Below are positions 1 to 9,098 of a stretch of 45,568 bases of DNA, one piece after another (position 1 is the stretch's first letter; every line of letters starts with the position of its first letter). Below the pieces are notes generated by a model. It saw only the letters and a list, made by a program, of their open reading frames with translations. It had not been told where the DNA came from and ran no database searches. A program made the translations under genes and the position numbers. The DNA comes from Pseudomonadota bacterium (GTDB lineage: Bacteria > Bdellovibrionota > FAC87 > UBA2466), in assembly GCA_043767805.1 (NCBI GenBank), contig JAYUGC010000195.1, positions 1-45,568 on the forward strand, given 5' to 3'.

Positions 1-299
1 CCGCCCTGGGCCTGGCGCACGAGGCCGCGCGAGCTTTGGGTCGCCCCCGAAAAGGCGCCTCGCTCGTAGCCGAAGAGCTCACTCTCAACGAGAGCCGGGG
101 GCAGGGCGCCGCAGTTCAGAGGAAGAAAGCGCCCTTTCAGTTGAGAGGATTTTTGGTGGATGCGCTCGGCGATGAGCTCTTTGCCGACGCCCGTCTCACC
201 TAGGATCAGTACCGGCCAGGGATGCTGGCTGAAACGATCGGCGGCTTCGATGACTTGGCGAAAATTGCGGGCGTTTCCAAAACTGAGCTGGGAGCTCAT
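1..299 (-). CDS. Sigma54-dependent enhancer-binding protein (AAA+), N-terminal part only; runs off the window edge
   Basis: Manual translation (not in ORF track): MSSQLSFGNARNFRQVIEAADRFSQHPWPVLILGETGVGKELIAERIH...LNCGALPPALVESELFGYERGAFSGA. Walker A GETGVGKE, ESELFG and GAFSGA loop. RBS TAAGGAGG 6 nt before the ATG. Confidence 0.9.
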   Translation of the reverse strand, partial: MSSQLSFGNARNFRQVIEAADRFSQHPWPVLILGETGVGKELIAERIHQKSSQLKGRFLPLNCGALPPALVESELFGYERGAFSGATQSSRGLVRQAQG

Positions 300-394
300 G
301 GCGAACCTCCTTAAGGTCACCGCCTACATTGCAAAGGCGTGCCAGGACAGCTCGCGCACGAAGGCGCACGGAGAACGAACCAGAAGCGAGAACG

Positions 395-416
395 TAAGTC
401 TCAGGAGTGAGACTTA
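395..416. repeat. Perfect palindrome TAAGTCTCA-GGAG-TGAGACTTA (rpmB terminator or protein-binding site)
   Basis: 9-bp arms, 4-nt loop; overlaps the rpmB stop codon; weak U-tail on the minus strand. Confidence 0.5.
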
Positions 417-659
417 GGCGCTGGCCGGAGCGGCCGCTTCGGCGACGGGCGCCGTGGGCTTTACTCGCACGGGCGGCTTCGTCAAAACGCCGCTGCGCAA
501 GCAACGAGTGCAGACGCTGACCCGGCGGCTGATGCCTTCCACGAAGGCGCGAACTTTCTGTAAGTTAGGGAAATAACGGGTCTTTGTCTTGATATTGGAA
601 TGACTGATCTTGTTGCCCGAAACAGGGGTCTTATCACAGTAAAAACAACGTTTGGACAC
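414..659 (-). CDS. rpmB: 50S ribosomal protein L28 (Zn-ribbon type)
   Basis: GTG start; MSKRCFYCDKTPVSGNKISHSNIKTKTRYFPNLQKVR...VCTRCLRSG with two CxxC pairs; AAGGA upstream. Confidence 0.95.
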   Translation of the reverse strand: MSKRCFYCDKTPVSGNKISHSNIKTKTRYFPNLQKVRAFVEGISRRVSVCTRCLRSGVLTKPPVRVKPTAPVAEAAAPASA

Positions 660-816
660 GGCTTCTATCCTTCTGTTCGAGTGGATCAATCGGAAAACTT
701 CCCGTGTTTTAGAGAAAAAGGTGGTTGATTTCAAGGGCTTTATTTTTTTCTTCGGAGCGCCCCTTTCCCGGGTACCGCGCTCGCCGGGGTGGGAGTTTTG
801 GGTTACGCTCACTCTT

Positions 817-1437
817 ATGAGGCTTCGTGGGCGGCTATTACTACTTCTGGTGGGTATCCTTGCCTACGTGGGGTGGAACGTCCATTTGTTCGTTTTGGAC
901 TGGGACGTTTATACCGAAGCGGGCCTCGAAGACCGGCTGCCCAGCTGGAAGAGCGGCCCGGATGAAGCCATCGTCGTGCTGACCGGAGCCCGCGGCCGCA
1001 TCCCGCGCGCCGTCCAGCTGCTGCGCCAAAGAGACGACGGCTACATGCTGATCTCGGGCGCGGGTAAGGGCATCACCAAAAAAGATCTTCTCAATCAGCA
1101 GGGCGACGCCGCCGGCGGCGCGACTCAATTGTGGGAGCGCATCGAGGTCGAAGATCTCGCGACCTCCACCATAGAGAACGCGCAAGAGACCGCGAAATAT
1201 CTAAGAGACAAAAAAATTCAAAAAGTGATCTTAGTCACCAGCGACTACCACATGCCGAGAGCGCTCGCGATATTTCGCCGCGTCTATCCGGGCGTGGAAT
1301 ATTTTCCTTACCCGGTCTCTTCCGTGGCGGCCTCGACGGTGGGGGATACCTCGCGCGTCATAGAGAGTTACGCCAAACCTTCCATCGAGTTCTTCAAGTG
1401 GTTTCTCTTCCGCCACATCTTCATTCATTTTCTCTAG
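817..1437 (+). CDS. YdcF/ElyC (DUF218) family membrane-anchored protein
   Basis: N-terminal TM, AIVVLTG, LISG, STIENA, LVTSDYHMPRA motifs; start moved to ATG 817. Confidence 0.9.
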   Translation: MRLRGRLLLLLVGILAYVGWNVHLFVLDWDVYTEAGLEDRLPSWKSGPDEAIVVLTGARGRIPRAVQLLRQRDDGYMLISGAGKGITKKDLLNQQGDAAGGATQLWERIEVEDLATSTIENAQETAKYLRDKKIQKVILVTSDYHMPRALAIFRRVYPGVEYFPYPVSSVAASTVGDTSRVIESYAKPSIEFFKWFLFRHIFIHFL

Positions 1438-1522
1438 CTCTGCCGCGAAGGCCGCGAGAGCAAAAACTATTTTATCGACGACAGAATTGGCGCGGTACGT
1501 CATCGGAACGATTAAGATTTTG

Positions 1523-1550
1523 TTGCGGTTGCTTTAGGCCGAGGTATATT
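1523..1550 (+). promoter_or_regulatory. Putative sigma70 promoter of the porin gene
   Basis: TTGCGG-N16-TATATT in an AT-rich intergenic region. Confidence 0.35.
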
Positions 1551-1676
1551 ACGTGTAGTTACCATACATTATTACTCGATACCTTCTTGGTTGAAGGTCC
1601 CGAGGAAAATACGGCTGAGAGACTTCTTCATCACTCAAAACGGTGATGGTCGATTAGGTACCAACTGGAGGGTTAC

Positions 1677-2723
1677 ATGAATAAATTCCTTATTTGCTTG
1701 CTGAGTCTAGTAGCGGTCGCCACAGCGCGCGCGGATCACAAGGCCGGGCACGCAGGCGGCGGCTTTACGATGAACGGAAACATTGAAGCGGGTGTCGCCA
1801 CCAGCTTCGGTGGTTCTTCCACCAAAGGCTTTCAATGGCTCGTCGACAACGTCGAGATGAAAAACGGATACACCATCTCGGATAAGACCAAAGTTAAGTT
1901 GAACCACTCGTTCGCCGCCAATAACGGCACCGCGCTGACGGCCACGGGCCGCGGCCAGGACAGCCGGTCCTTCTACAGCGGCGTCAATGTCGGCGCCGCC
2001 GGTGGTTTGATGTACTCCATTCGGGAAGCCTACATTCAGCACCAATGCTCGGATAAGGTCACGACGACGGTTGGTCTCTTCAGAAACGTGTTCGGCATGG
2101 AAAACATGTGGGACCGTTACGACATGCCCAACTACTACTACTCGCGCGCGTACGGCGTGTGGCAGGGTAATGGCTGGAACTACAACCTCGGCGTGAAGTT
2201 CGATCTGTACGGCGTCGAAGCGACGGTGTTCCAGAGCGCGAACTCGACGACGGATGCTCGTACGACGCCCGGCTTGGCTCTTCGCTACAAGTTCGATGTA
2301 GCGGGCGGCGACTGGACGTTGACCCCGGTGTTCTCCGCGTACTTCGGCAAGTGGTTCGGCGCTCCGAAGGACATGGGCTTCAGCGGCGGCGCGATGTGGA
2401 AGATGGGAACCCTCTGGACGAACCTCGAGTTCGAGTTCGGCCAGACGAAGTCCATTCCCGCGGGCGCGGCCTTGGCTAAAGACTGGTCCCTCATCGTGGA
2501 ACCTGGTTTCGACCTCGGCGTCGCGAACCTCTCCGCGAAGTGGGAGCTCACGTCCAACACGGCTGGCGCGGGCGCCGCGACGAGCGACATGAATGTGTCG
2601 GTCGCGATCTCCAAAACGTACGACAAGATGCGCGCGAAGCTCCTGTACGCGCACAACAACTTGGGTGGTAAGTTCACCGGACATGCGAACGAAGTTCGCG
2701 TGCTCTTCGGCACCGACTGGTAA
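1677..2723 (+). CDS. Outer-membrane beta-barrel porin (putative)
   Basis: Signal peptide (ATARA/D), alternating amphipathic strands rich in G and aromatics, C-terminal VLFGTDW, RBS GGAGG, own terminator. Confidence 0.8.
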   Translation: MNKFLICLLSLVAVATARADHKAGHAGGGFTMNGNIEAGVATSFGGSSTKGFQWLVDNVEMKNGYTISDKTKVKLNHSFAANNGTALTATGRGQDSRSFYSGVNVGAAGGLMYSIREAYIQHQCSDKVTTTVGLFRNVFGMENMWDRYDMPNYYYSRAYGVWQGNGWNYNLGVKFDLYGVEATVFQSANSTTDARTTPGLALRYKFDVAGGDWTLTPVFSAYFGKWFGAPKDMGFSGGAMWKMGTLWTNLEFEFGQTKSIPAGAALAKDWSLIVEPGFDLGVANLSAKWELTSNTAGAGAATSDMNVSVAISKTYDKMRAKLLYAHNNLGGKFTGHANEVRVLFGTDW

Positions 2724-2741
2724 GCGTCTAAGTTCTCTTTG

Positions 2742-2778
2742 AAGGGGGGCGGCGGGGAAACCTGCCGCCCCTTTTTTT
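2742..2778 (+). terminator. Rho-independent terminator of the porin gene
   Basis: GGGGCGGCGGG-GAAA-CCTGCCGCCCC followed by T7. Confidence 0.9.
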
Positions 2779-2788
2779 GTCTAATGGA

Positions 2789-3448
2789 CTAGTTACCGAC
2801 GCCGCCGAAGCCGGGGATGGCCTTTACTTTGAAAGGCTTCGCTATTCCTTGCGCGTCGCAGTTTACGCCGCAGGAAAACTTCTCGGGCCGGGTGCGGCTC
2901 GCGGGCCATTTCTTACAAGAGAGGTGCTTGGTCTTTTTCTCAAAGCTCGTGAGGGGAGGCGTGGGCTTTTGCTCGAAGTTGCTGTCGAGCTGTTGGTAGA
3001 TGGCTTTCGCCGCCCCATCTCGGATGGAGATTGAAACTTCGTCGGGGCCTGCGGGGGTCACGAGGGTGGGACCTTCAGCGAGAAAGCCTCCGCCAATGGC
3101 GTCGGGATCGGGCTTTACGAGATAGGGCCGGACAATGCCGTCCACGTCGAGATTGAGGCCGCAGGTGAATACCTCGGGTTGGTTCAATGCGGGATCGGCT
3201 TCTTGTTTCCAGCAAGAAAGGTCGTGGCCGCGTCTGGCGAAAGTAGTCAGGGGAGGCGTGGGCTTCTGCTCGAGAGACTTATCGAGAGTGTCAAAGAGTG
3301 CCTGAGCGGAGCTGCCCTCGATGAGGATCGAAATTTCATCGGCCTCGGATTGATTGACGAGCATCCGGCCCTTTCCGGAGAGCCCGGCGGGAGCCGAGAA
3401 GGCCAAGGACGAGACTAGAAGGCTAACAATCAGCGAGGCGATACGCAT
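2789..3448 (-). CDS. Secreted hypothetical protein with two tandem ~100-aa domains
   Basis: Signal peptide MRIASLIVSLLVSSLAFS; repeated DE(I/V)SI.I....A.A....LD...EQKPTPPLT.F......LSC.K...PE.F.CG.N.D..GI..P. Confidence 0.75.
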   Translation of the reverse strand: MRIASLIVSLLVSSLAFSAPAGLSGKGRMLVNQSEADEISILIEGSSAQALFDTLDKSLEQKPTPPLTTFARRGHDLSCWKQEADPALNQPEVFTCGLNLDVDGIVRPYLVKPDPDAIGGGFLAEGPTLVTPAGPDEVSISIRDGAAKAIYQQLDSNFEQKPTPPLTSFEKKTKHLSCKKWPASRTRPEKFSCGVNCDAQGIAKPFKVKAIPGFGGVGN

Positions 3449-3595
3449 CGGCAAAATCCTTTCGGTTTCGGTTCGCGCTCTTTCTACAAAATGCCCGGAT
3501 TTAAGACCAGATCTATTGGCCCAGTATGCCGCTTTAATGGGCAGATTTATCCGATTCTGGACCGCAGCCTTCCTTGAGGAAGGCTCACGACCGCG

Positions 3596-4876
3596 CTATT
3601 TGAACGCGTCGATGAGATGAAAGGCGTAGCGCAGGCCCGCGCCCTGGCGCTCGACGAGATAGTTCTCGAGCCAGGCGGACGCTTCTCGGCGCGCCTCCGC
3701 GCTCTCGAGCCACTCCCGGCCCCTTGCGCGCAACGCTTCGGGTGTTTCCGCTTTCTTTAAACCCACGCCGCCCGCCGCCATCTCGCACGCCTCGGGAGAG
3801 TTCGCGATGAAGGGGCCGGTCAGGATCGGACGGCCGTAGGCTGCCGGCTCCAGCACGTTGTGAATCTTCTTCTTGAAGCTTCCGCCCACGAAGACCATTT
3901 CGGCGCCACCGTAGATTTCAGCGAGCCAACCGACTCCGTCCACGATGAGATGCGAGCTGTCCCGCTCGGGGTTTTGACTCCAGGTGGACCAAGCCTTGAG
4001 CGGCGCGTTTCGCTCCGTGAAAAAAGACGCGTATTGGGCGACACGTGCCGCCGTCGGCTCGTGAGGCACGAGCACCAGGCGCCAATCCGGAAAGCGCCCC
4101 AGACATTCGGCGAGAAACGGCTTCAACGCTTCGAAGTCCTCATCCCAAAGACTTGCGCCCACAAACGTGGGCGTGCGTGAGAGCTCACGCTTCCAAAAGG
4201 AGTCCTTCGCCCAGCCCTTACGCGAAAGCACGCGATCGATTCGCGGGTCGCCTAAGGGCTCGACAGGCACTTTCGGCAGCCACTTCTTCAAGCGGTTTGC
4301 CGTGTCGGAACGGATCGTGCCGACAAAGGCGAATTGCTCTAACGCTTCGCGAGCCCGATTGCCGAGAGCATCCTTCGTCCAATTCGTGGCAATGAGATGG
4401 CGCCTGACGCTGCGTTCATCGGCCGCCATGAGAAGGCCAGGCCAAAGCTCGCGGTGCACGACGATGAGATCAGTGGGATCGAGAAGCGCCATCGCGCTGC
4501 GCGCGGCCGACGGAAAGTCCCACGGGCTATAGTCGGCTGCGTCCCAGGGAACGGCGAGACCAGCGACTTCGCGCCGCTTTAGCTCTCTCTCCAAAGCGAC
4601 GGCGGCGCTTGGCGAAAAATAACTCAGAAAGAGCGCCTTCTCGGGCGCCTCCCATTTGAGCGCGTCTAAAATCGGAAGGCACTGCTCGAGCTCTCCCGCC
4701 GAAGCCACATGAAACCAGAGCGGCTTTGGTCCAAGGCGAGCGGCGTGGAGGCGGTAGCGCGCGCCAATACCGAAACGGGAGAAAAAACCTTGCCGGAGTT
4801 TTCTAGAGAACGGAGTGACAAACCACGCCAAGCCCCAGCAGAAAGCATAAAGGGTCGCGTACCAAAAGCGCTTCAT
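3596..4876 (-). CDS. waaA: 3-deoxy-D-manno-octulosonate (Kdo) transferase
   Basis: WFHVASAGE, SYFSPS, ELWP, GDPRID, LVPHEP, FVGGSF, HNVLEPA motifs; ATG 4876 overlaps the upstream stop (ATGA). Confidence 0.9.
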   Translation of the reverse strand: MKRFWYATLYAFCWGLAWFVTPFSRKLRQGFFSRFGIGARYRLHAARLGPKPLWFHVASAGELEQCLPILDALKWEAPEKALFLSYFSPSAAVALERELKRREVAGLAVPWDAADYSPWDFPSAARSAMALLDPTDLIVVHRELWPGLLMAADERSVRRHLIATNWTKDALGNRAREALEQFAFVGTIRSDTANRLKKWLPKVPVEPLGDPRIDRVLSRKGWAKDSFWKRELSRTPTFVGASLWDEDFEALKPFLAECLGRFPDWRLVLVPHEPTAARVAQYASFFTERNAPLKAWSTWSQNPERDSSHLIVDGVGWLAEIYGGAEMVFVGGSFKKKIHNVLEPAAYGRPILTGPFIANSPEACEMAAGGVGLKKAETPEALRARGREWLESAEARREASAWLENYLVERQGAGLRYAFHLIDAFK

Positions 4877-5910
4877 GGCGTGGAGCCTTCGAGGCTTGAG
4901 GCAACTTTCTGCGCGGCCTGAAATACATCGCTGGCTTCCGTGTTCTCGAGGCAAAAGCGGCGCGCGCGGATGCAGGGGGCCTGACCGTTTTTCGAGCAAG
5001 GCCGGCACCAGAGATCGTGCTCCAGGACTTGCGCCGAAGGGTGATGTGGTAAGCAGCCGAGCTCCGCGGAGGTCGGACCGAGAATGAGGACCGTCGGAAT
5101 CTTTAGCGCATCAGCCGCGTGCATAAGGCCCGTGTCGTTGGCGATGACGTAGCGGCAAAGGGCGACTCCCGCGCAAGATTCGGCGAGGGACAGTTTTCCT
5201 TGCAGGTTGACGACGCGGCTTTCGGGAAAGCCCGCGCAGATGTCCGCGCAGAACGTATCTTCGCGTCCGCCGAAGACGAGGATCTGATCGGCGGTCGTAT
5301 CGACGAGCTTTTGCACGACTTCGCGGAAGCGATCGGCGGGCCAGCGTTTTCCCTCCCACTGAGCCGAAGGCGCGAGGCCGATGCGGCTTTGCGCGGGGGG
5401 AAGCTTCGCTGCGACCAAGGCACGAGTCGCTTGGGGCACTCCCATCTCGGGACCGCCCCCGTCGTAGCGCACGCCGAACTTTTCCAGCGGCCCGCAAAAA
5501 CGCTCCAGCATCCGCCGCCGGTCGGTCAGTTTCGGGTACTTAAAGAGCAGCGCCAGGGTGCGCAGCGTGTAGTGCTTGTCGTAATAGACCTTCTCGCCGG
5601 CATGAAGGAGCGGCATCAGAAAGCGAGTGCGCAAAGATCGGTGCGCGTCGTAGACCAGATCGTAATGCTCGCGGTTCAACCGCTTTAAGAGCGCGTTCAG
5701 ACCCTTCATGCCGCTATTGCGGGGGAGGCCGATCTTTCCGTCCAGATGAGGGTTGTCCTTGATGAGGTCGAGAAAGTCCTCTCGGACCACCATGTCGATC
5801 TGCGCGTGAGGAAACGCCTTGCGAACCGCGCGCACCATGGCGGTCGTCATCAAAATGTCGCCTAGACTGCTGAAGCGAAGCAGCAGGACCTTGTGGATGC
5901 CTGTCGCGAT
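4873..5910 (-). CDS. LPS heptosyltransferase (GT9, WaaF/WaaC-like); start codon uncertain
   Basis: KVLLLRFSSLGD N-terminal motif upstream of the first canonical start (5853); KRWP, NDTGLMH, GPT and CRPCS motifs. Confidence 0.88.
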   Translation of the reverse strand: MATGIHKVLLLRFSSLGDILMTTAMVRAVRKAFPHAQIDMVVREDFLDLIKDNPHLDGKIGLPRNSGMKGLNALLKRLNREHYDLVYDAHRSLRTRFLMPLLHAGEKVYYDKHYTLRTLALLFKYPKLTDRRRMLERFCGPLEKFGVRYDGGGPEMGVPQATRALVAAKLPPAQSRIGLAPSAQWEGKRWPADRFREVVQKLVDTTADQILVFGGREDTFCADICAGFPESRVVNLQGKLSLAESCAGVALCRYVIANDTGLMHAADALKIPTVLILGPTSAELGCLPHHPSAQVLEHDLWCRPCSKNGQAPCIRARRFCLENTEASDVFQAAQKVASSLEGSTP

Positions 5911-7638
5911 TTACATCTCCCTGGGGCAAGTGATGCCCAATAGGTCGAGCCCATTGGCGAGTACTTGTCGCGTGCCGCGCACAAGCGCGAGCCGAGCCTG
6001 CATGTGCGCGGGATCGGCCGCCTGGAGTACGGGGAACTTGTAATAGAAGCGGTTAAAGCCCTTCGCCACTTCGATGAGATAGCGAGTGACGTAGTAGGGC
6101 TCGTTCTCCCGGACGCTCTGATGTAGCACGGCCCGGTAGCGCGAGAGGCTCACGACGAGGCTTTCCTCTTCGGGCGAGAACTCGTAGCCGGCCGGGATCT
6201 CTCCGTTAAAGGTGATGCCCTTGTCGGCCGCTTTTTGCATGAGCGAGGTGCAACGTACCGCCGAGTATTGAACGTACGGTCCCGTCTCGCCATCCAAGGC
6301 CAGGATGGATTTCCAGTCGAACTCGATGTCTCTCAGGCGATGCGCCGAAAGCTCGCCGAACAAGATGGCGCCGATGCCGACCGCTTCGGCGACGGCGTCC
6401 TTGTCTTTCAGCTCGGGGTTCTTCTCGGTCACTTCTTTCAGCGCCAAGGATTTCGCTTCGTTTAAAAGCTCGTCCAGGAAAATGACCCGACCCTCGCGGG
6501 TGGACATTTTCTCGGCGCCAAAGAGTACCGTACCGAAGGACACGTGCTCGCAGTTGTCGGCCCACGGATGGCCCATCTTTTTCAAAACGCCGAAGAGCAA
6601 CTGAAAGTGAAGCTTCTGCTGTTCGGAGACGACGTAAATCATCTTATCGAACTTGAAGCGGGACTGACGGTCGACCGCCGCCGCGATGTCGCGGGTGAGA
6701 TAAAGCGTCGTGCCGTCGCGCTTTTGCACGAGGGCGGGAGTGGAGATGCCTTCCACTTCGACGATCCAGGCGCCTTCGCTGGGTTTCGCTCCCGCCTTTT
6801 CCTTGATCTCTGCCAAGGTCGCCGTCATCGCGGGGATGTACGTGCTCTCGCCTTCGACGTGATCGAAGCGCACATGCATGCGCTTCAAAGTCCCTTCCAT
6901 GGCGGAAAGACTGATGTCGCGGATATTTTTCCAAAGCTGAGTCGCGCCCGGCTCCTGCGCTTCCATGGCTTGGAGGCTTTTCGAGGCGCGCTCGAGAAGT
7001 GACTCGTCTTTTTCCACTTCCTTGTGGAAGCGGACGTAGACGTCGAAAAGCTGCTTCATCGAGGCTTCGATGTCGGAGGACTTGATGCGCTCTTTTTCGC
7101 CCCAGAGCTCGACGGCGGCAAGAAGGCGCGCGAACTGAGAGCCCCAGTCACCTACGAAATTAATGCGCTCGGTGGAGTAGCCCAGAAAATCGTAGATATT
7201 AGAAAGCACGTTTCCGATGAGCGTGCTGCGGATGTGCTGAAAGGCGAGCCGCTTGGCGATGTTCGGCGAGCAGTACTCGAGAACGACTTTCTTTCCTTTG
7301 CCGGAAGTGTCCGAGCCGTAGCGAGCGCCTTCGCGGCCGATGCGGCCCAAGGTTTGCGCCGCGAGTTTTTCTGGCGCGAGGCGGAAATTCACATAAGGCC
7401 CGGTGGGCTTTCCCGTGACGCCGTCCATGAGGTTCGCGGAGGCGAGCTCGATGGCGATTTTATCGGCGCCTTTTCTAAGAAGCTTCGCGAAGCGAAAGCA
7501 GGGCAGGGCGAGTTGGCCCATCTCGATGCCGGGGGGCGCGCTGAAATCTATCTCCAAAGCCTCCGCCTTAATTTCCGGGTGGTTGAAGTGCGCGGCGATG
7601 GCTTGGGCGAGCTGTCTTTTGAGATCGAGAAACGGCAT
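5911..7638 (-). CDS. argS: Arginine--tRNA ligase
   Basis: VLEYCSPNIAK, HIRST, GDWGSQF, DGTTLYLTRDIAAA, KMSTREG, GETGPYVQYS motifs. Confidence 0.97.
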   Translation of the reverse strand: MPFLDLKRQLAQAIAAHFNHPEIKAEALEIDFSAPPGIEMGQLALPCFRFAKLLRKGADKIAIELASANLMDGVTGKPTGPYVNFRLAPEKLAAQTLGRIGREGARYGSDTSGKGKKVVLEYCSPNIAKRLAFQHIRSTLIGNVLSNIYDFLGYSTERINFVGDWGSQFARLLAAVELWGEKERIKSSDIEASMKQLFDVYVRFHKEVEKDESLLERASKSLQAMEAQEPGATQLWKNIRDISLSAMEGTLKRMHVRFDHVEGESTYIPAMTATLAEIKEKAGAKPSEGAWIVEVEGISTPALVQKRDGTTLYLTRDIAAAVDRQSRFKFDKMIYVVSEQQKLHFQLLFGVLKKMGHPWADNCEHVSFGTVLFGAEKMSTREGRVIFLDELLNEAKSLALKEVTEKNPELKDKDAVAEAVGIGAILFGELSAHRLRDIEFDWKSILALDGETGPYVQYSAVRCTSLMQKAADKGITFNGEIPAGYEFSPEEESLVVSLSRYRAVLHQSVRENEPYYVTRYLIEVAKGFNRFYYKFPVLQAADPAHMQARLALVRGTRQVLANGLDLLGITCPREM

Positions 7639-7675
7639 TCGGGTTCACTTTCCTTCGGGCTGACGTAAGTCCCTT

Positions 7676-7704
7676 AACGTAGCGGATAGATTAGGGTTCA
7701 GCAA
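7676..7704 (-). promoter_or_regulatory. Putative sigma70 promoter of argS-GT9-waaA
   Basis: TTGCTG-N17-TACGTT on the minus strand, 37 nt before the argS ATG. Confidence 0.45.
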
Positions 7705-7776
7705 GCGAAGCGCACGATAAGTGGGAGCCTTACCCGTTTTGTCTAAGTGACTGATACTACGAGGTAATATCCGGGC

Positions 7777-9057
7777 TTAAGGAGCGGCGGGCGGCGCGGT
7801 TTCCGCTTCCAGCTTCGCTTCCTTCTTCTTAGGCTTTCCGAGGATGTCGGCGACTACCCGTTTCGCGGCGGTGAGGGGGCCGAGCGGATAAGGAAGGCCG
7901 CAATGGACGGACGGAAAGAGCGCGGTCAAAGACTTGTGGCGCGTCACCGTGTGAAGTGAAGTGTTTGCGTAAAGCTCGATGGACTCCTGCTCGAGCTGGC
8001 GGGAGACCGAGAAGCGAGCCGCCTCGTCGTAACAGCTGTCCAAAGATAACGGGACGGAGAAGGATTGCACGCTCGTCGGCAAAAACGGAAAGAGCCGGCC
8101 CAAGCTCTTCATGCCGCCCCGAAAACGCTCGAGTACCGCGTCGAGCGGCACCCCCGTCGGTGCGGAAGCGGTGAGCTCGACGGTGGCGATTCCCCCCGCG
8201 CGCTCGACGCGAAACGGCCAGAGCTCCGTATCCCAATCGGGAATCACTTCGGCGTCGAAAGCGACGACGAGCGGAGGCGCCGCCAAGGAGACCGCGGCCT
8301 CGGCCGCCTTGAAGCGAAAGCGATACAGCGTGCGGTTTGCCGCGGCTTCGGCGTTGGTCGTGAGCCATTTCGAAAGCGCGTCCGATTGCGAGGAGAGCCG
8401 GGCGAACGCTTGAAAGGGTAAGTTCAAAACCCAGTGGCGCGCGACGATGGGCTTCATGTTGCGAAACTTCAAAGAGAGCGCGCCCCGCTCGCCGGATTTC
8501 GCTTCTTCGAGCGGATTATCGCGCTCGCAGGCCTCGATGATGCTGAGGTTTCCGGGAAGCCCGTCCGTGGGAGTCCAGGTGGCGAGTTCGGTCGCGAGCA
8601 AAGTGCTCCAAAGTAAAACGTCCGGCTGAAGATGAGGCGTTCTTCCCAGCGCCTTCCACATCCCCGTCGCGAAGCTCAATAGATCCGGATGACGTTCGAT
8701 GGCCTTTCTGTGAGCGCCGAGCCGACCGGGGCGTACGGAGAACCCCGTTCCGGCTACCGGCTTTTCCCACAGGGTTTCGGACAGGCCGGGAAAAGCCGCT
8801 TGAATGGCCTCCGGTCTCCACTCGAGATTGCGCCGCTTCGTCACGAGCTCCGCGTGCCACGCGTCTTTAAGTTCGATGCCGAATTCCGCAGTGGCTACAG
8901 TCGGGATGGCGACCGGTTCAGAAGGCGTGGGGAGTCTCACCCACGCGCAATGGAGTGGTTTCCCAGTCTCATCCGTGGCGCCAGCGAGCCGCTTTAAAAG
9001 CCACAGTCCCGCCGGCTCGTTGCCCACCACCACACAATGGAATTCGTCCAAGTACAC
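7777..9057 (-). CDS. Hypothetical protein with degenerate N-terminal Rossmann-like motif
   Basis: 426-aa ORF with GTG start; FHCVVVGNEPAGLWLLKRLA resembles the beta-alpha start of FAD/NAD-binding oxidoreductases but lacks a full GxGxxG. Confidence 0.65.
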   Translation of the reverse strand: MYLDEFHCVVVGNEPAGLWLLKRLAGATDETGKPLHCAWVRLPTPSEPVAIPTVATAEFGIELKDAWHAELVTKRRNLEWRPEAIQAAFPGLSETLWEKPVAGTGFSVRPGRLGAHRKAIERHPDLLSFATGMWKALGRTPHLQPDVLLWSTLLATELATWTPTDGLPGNLSIIEACERDNPLEEAKSGERGALSLKFRNMKPIVARHWVLNLPFQAFARLSSQSDALSKWLTTNAEAAANRTLYRFRFKAAEAAVSLAAPPLVVAFDAEVIPDWDTELWPFRVERAGGIATVELTASAPTGVPLDAVLERFRGGMKSLGRLFPFLPTSVQSFSVPLSLDSCYDEAARFSVSRQLEQESIELYANTSLHTVTRHKSLTALFPSVHCGLPYPLGPLTAAKRVVADILGKPKKKEAKLEAETAPPAAP

Positions 9058-9098
9058 TTGCCAACCTTGGGTTAAACGCCGAAGATAAAAGCTTGTTT

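Noticed and set aside
330..344. TGGCACG...TTGCA as a functional sigma54 promoter
   Set aside because: Spacing is GG-N9-GC, not N10; kept only as a note in a finding.
1560..1676. TPP or c-di-GMP riboswitch in the porin leader (GCTGAGA seen)
   Set aside because: The other conserved elements of these aptamers are missing.
1707..2684. Long antisense ORF over the porin (similar ones over glmM, ftsH and others)
   Set aside because: Shadow ORFs from GC-rich codon bias; no motifs; the opposite strand has the recognisable gene.
9058..9085. GCCGAAGA as another sigma28 -10
   Set aside because: No matching -35 box at 15-nt spacing.
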